49,792 nt of DNA from Clostridia bacterium (lineage in GTDB: Bacteria; Bacillota; Clostridia; Christensenellales; UBA3700): assembly GCA_029060065.1 (NCBI GenBank), contig JAIDUT010000044.1:1-49792 (forward strand), in the 5' to 3' direction. Numbering within the stretch: the stretch's first letter is position 1; every line of letters begins with the position of its first letter. The position numbers and the translations under genes were made by a program. Positions 47,089 to 49,792 of the stretch are shown here, piece after piece. The notes under the pieces are model-generated. The model did no database searches, had not been told where the DNA came from, and saw only the letters and a program-made list of their open reading frames with translations.

Positions 47089-48126
47089 TTACAAGAATAT
47101 AGCTTTAAGTACAAGACATATCAATGCGCCTACGCACATTGCGATAGGAAAGGTAACTATCCAATTAGTAAAAATCCTCTTTACTCTTGTCCAGTGTACT
47201 CCGCTGATACGCTCCGATATTCCAACTCCGATTATACTTGACGATACCACTTGTCCGGTGCTGACGGGAATACCCGTGAAAGAGCAAGTTAACGCAACCG
47301 TTGCCGTAGCAATTTGAGCCGTATATGACTGTATCGTACCCATACGGTAAATCTTTTTACCAACCGTATATATGAGTTTGTAACCGCCGAATAGCAGTCC
47401 CAACATAATCACGAATGACAATACCGCTACTGTCCAAAAATCAAATTGATAAGTCGCGGTACTTATCCCCTCTTGCCCACTGCACAGTACCATAGCGAGC
47501 AAAAATATTCCCATAGACTTCTGCACGTTGTTGATAGAAATCGACGTACTGAGTACCGTAACATTGAAAACCTGTAAAGCCTTAAAGACTTTTTTTACTC
47601 TCCTATCCATTCTTCTGCATATTGCGATAAATAACTTATCCAAAATAAAGCCCACTACAATACACATTACGGGAGTAAGAAAAACCATAAGTATAACTTT
47701 CAAACCTACCGCCGACCAATCTATACCCTTAAAACCAAATAACACAATACCCGCTCCGACAAGTCCGCCAAGCAAAGTATGCGAAGTGGAATTAGGCAAA
47801 GACGTGAATACGCATATAATAGACCATATCATAGTGGCAAGCATAGTTGATAACAAGAATATAAAACCTGCTTTTTGCGGTAAATCGACAAAGACGTCGC
47901 TTTTGATAAGCGAGCCTACCGTACGCGCGACGCTCGTATTGCCAATCCAACAGCATATTACTAGAGGCGCAATAAACTTGACGACGCCTGCTATAATAAT
48001 AGCGTAAATAGGTTTGATAGCGCGTGTCGCAACGCAAGTAGCGACGGCGTTTGCTCCGTCGGAAAACCCCATGTAAAAGGTGTAAGCTATTGCGAATATG
48101 AAAATTACTATTACGTACGCGTTCAT
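47089..48126 (-). CDS. pit: PiT-family inorganic phosphate transporter
   Basis: GFSDGANAVAT, PNSTSHTLLGG, GIPVSTGQ. Confidence 0.9.
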   Translation of the reverse strand: MNAYVIVIFIFAIAYTFYMGFSDGANAVATCVATRAIKPIYAIIIAGVVKFIAPLVICCWIGNTSVARTVGSLIKSDVFVDLPQKAGFIFLLSTMLATMIWSIICVFTSLPNSTSHTLLGGLVGAGIVLFGFKGIDWSAVGLKVILMVFLTPVMCIVVGFILDKLFIAICRRMDRRVKKVFKALQVFNVTVLSTSISINNVQKSMGIFLLAMVLCSGQEGISTATYQFDFWTVAVLSFVIMLGLLFGGYKLIYTVGKKIYRMGTIQSYTAQIATATVALTCSFTGIPVSTGQVVSSSIIGVGISERISGVHWTRVKRIFTNWIVTFPIAMCVGALICLVLKAIFL

Positions 48127-48252
48127 CTAATTTACTGCAATTTTATGTTATTTTTTGTATTATATAATATTATATTACTATACTAAATAAGATAATATCA
48201 ATAGAATTTAGAAATTTTTTATGGACTTTTTAGTATGTTAGACGAAATTATG

Positions 48253-49443
48253 TCATTGCGACAGACTCGTTGCGTAAGCTACCAACATTCTATGCATGTT
48301 GGTATATTCCGTAATGACAGTTAGATACCTATCCGGTTCTCCGTCGCCTCCCTCGATAATTATATCGTCGGTACCGGGGGTTTCTTCATACGAGCCGGTG
48401 CCGTCTTCTTGACCGTTAATCTTAAGATATAGGTCATTAAAAAACTCTCCTATGTTGCCAAGACTTGGTTGGGATATCCACCAATTAAAAATCTTTTTGG
48501 TGTCTTGCCTAAAGCCTTCAGGTATGGGATAGGCTTCTACGTTTTCAAAGTACGTTTCGTCATACTTGATTATCTCATAAACATAACTCATAACGCCTAT
48601 ATAACCGCAATATTTCAAAAATACATCGCCACTGTTTAGAAGAACGTAGGCGCCGACGAGATTTGCCTCGTACTCTCTCATAACGCCCTTGGTGTGCGCA
48701 AACTCATGCGCTATCGTGTGCGCTCTGTCGACGATAGGCATATCCCTGTTATACCCCGGCTCGCACGTGGGTAAAAAGGTTATGCCTGCAATTCTATTGA
48801 GCGTCATAATCCCGCTGGATATGATAGGCTTTGCTTTGGGAGTATAGCCGTAGTAATATCCATCCGTCAAAACTTTATCTACCGCTTGACGAATTTTTTC
48901 ATTTAGCTCTTTTTCACTGTATGGTGACACTACACTGCCGTCATCATTGTATTTTCCAATCTCTCCATAGCATGCGTTCAAATCGTCTACAAGAGTAATA
49001 AAAGAACTTAGCGCAAGGTCTTTGCTTATCTCTCCTTTATAGGTGTCTACGGGAGCGGAATCTCTATTGTAGGCAAAGCCTGCCGTAAATATGTACAAAT
49101 TAGCTATGCATACGCATATTATCAACAGCGAAAGCATAATACGACGCGACGTCAACTTCTTGTTCTTGCAAAAGAGAGTTATTGCAGTTATTATGCAAGC
49201 AAGCGCAAACAGTATTGCCAGCGTTACTAGAATCTCGAAGATATTCACCGTCGTGACGGAATAAAACCGCCCCGCGACTGCTTGATAAGAATTGACAAAA
49301 TGTCTGCATACAAATTCACATACCTCTTGATTAGTTCGCAGAATTAGCATTGCAAAGAGAATAACAACAAATACGGCAAGCGTTATAAGCATTGCCAAAG
49401 TACCCTTACTAATTTTGCGAGATTTCGCAACGTCTTTTGCCAT
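48253..49443 (-). CDS. DUF3810-like membrane zinc metalloprotein
   Basis: N-terminal TMs; AHEFAHTKG..REYEAN. Confidence 0.8.
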   Translation of the reverse strand: MAKDVAKSRKISKGTLAMLITLAVFVVILFAMLILRTNQEVCEFVCRHFVNSYQAVAGRFYSVTTVNIFEILVTLAILFALACIITAITLFCKNKKLTSRRIMLSLLIICVCIANLYIFTAGFAYNRDSAPVDTYKGEISKDLALSSFITLVDDLNACYGEIGKYNDDGSVVSPYSEKELNEKIRQAVDKVLTDGYYYGYTPKAKPIISSGIMTLNRIAGITFLPTCEPGYNRDMPIVDRAHTIAHEFAHTKGVMREYEANLVGAYVLLNSGDVFLKYCGYIGVMSYVYEIIKYDETYFENVEAYPIPEGFRQDTKKIFNWWISQPSLGNIGEFFNDLYLKINGQEDGTGSYEETPGTDDIIIEGGDGEPDRYLTVITEYTNMHRMLVAYATSLSQ

Positions 49444-49792
49444 TTTCTCTACTGCCCTTTTACAATATATTCATCGTTTGCCATAAATCTAAGCGTTACC
49501 ATTCACAGCTTTATTGTTACCGTTTATTTTATCATTAAATACGATGTCATTTGGGAATGTCAACCATGCTTCTAAAACTTAAGATAACTTTAGCCTTTAA
49601 GTTTTTCACAGTATCTCACTCTTTGTTTTATAATACCATACTATATCGAAAAAATCAATACTGCAAAATTGAATTTGAATGACTTGATAATTCTGTAACT
49701 ACAATGGCTTATAAGGCATAAAATGTATTGGCTGAAAAGCCATACTTCAATACCAAGGAGAAATTATATGTTCTGTAACTCATGGTGCAACA

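Noticed and set aside
49768-49792. ORF start with AAGGAG RBS at the window edge
   Set aside because: Only 8 codons visible; cannot be assigned

Overview
Chromosomal window from a spore-forming, low-GC Gram-positive gut-type clostridial bacterium (spoIIID and spoVB-like genes, THF riboswitch); finer taxonomy cannot be read from the sequence. The backbone is housekeeping: trpS, thrC, prfA, DUF1385-prmC fusion, ZIP, ligA, pcrA, rpsU, HIT, mtaB, rsmE, prmA, ttcA, spoIIID, folA, folC-folE-folP-folBK, pit. It is interrupted at 6354-23591 by a 17.2-kb integrated element with TG...CA termini, flanked by a 15-17 bp direct repeat. The element encodes an HUH rolling-circle Rep, a membrane-bound Zot/pI-like ATPase, three membrane-anchored surface proteins, an IS30-family transposase at its right end, and a nested 3.25-kb xre/tyrosine-integrase/sigma-like module bracketed by two near-identical origin-like hairpins. 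It also carries a tRNA-like RNA with a 38-nt hairpin in the anticodon loop, a PemK-like gene facing a five-hairpin array, and a Zn-finger nuclease with a structured leader. Joining the two ends with the 2-bp spacer typical of IS30 circles builds a TTGACT-17-TACAAT promoter facing the element's main gene block. Best interpretation (inference): a transposase-integrated, inovirus-related or membrane-vesicle-type ssDNA element with no recognisable classical coat protein. All family calls come from motifs read by eye; no database searches were run.
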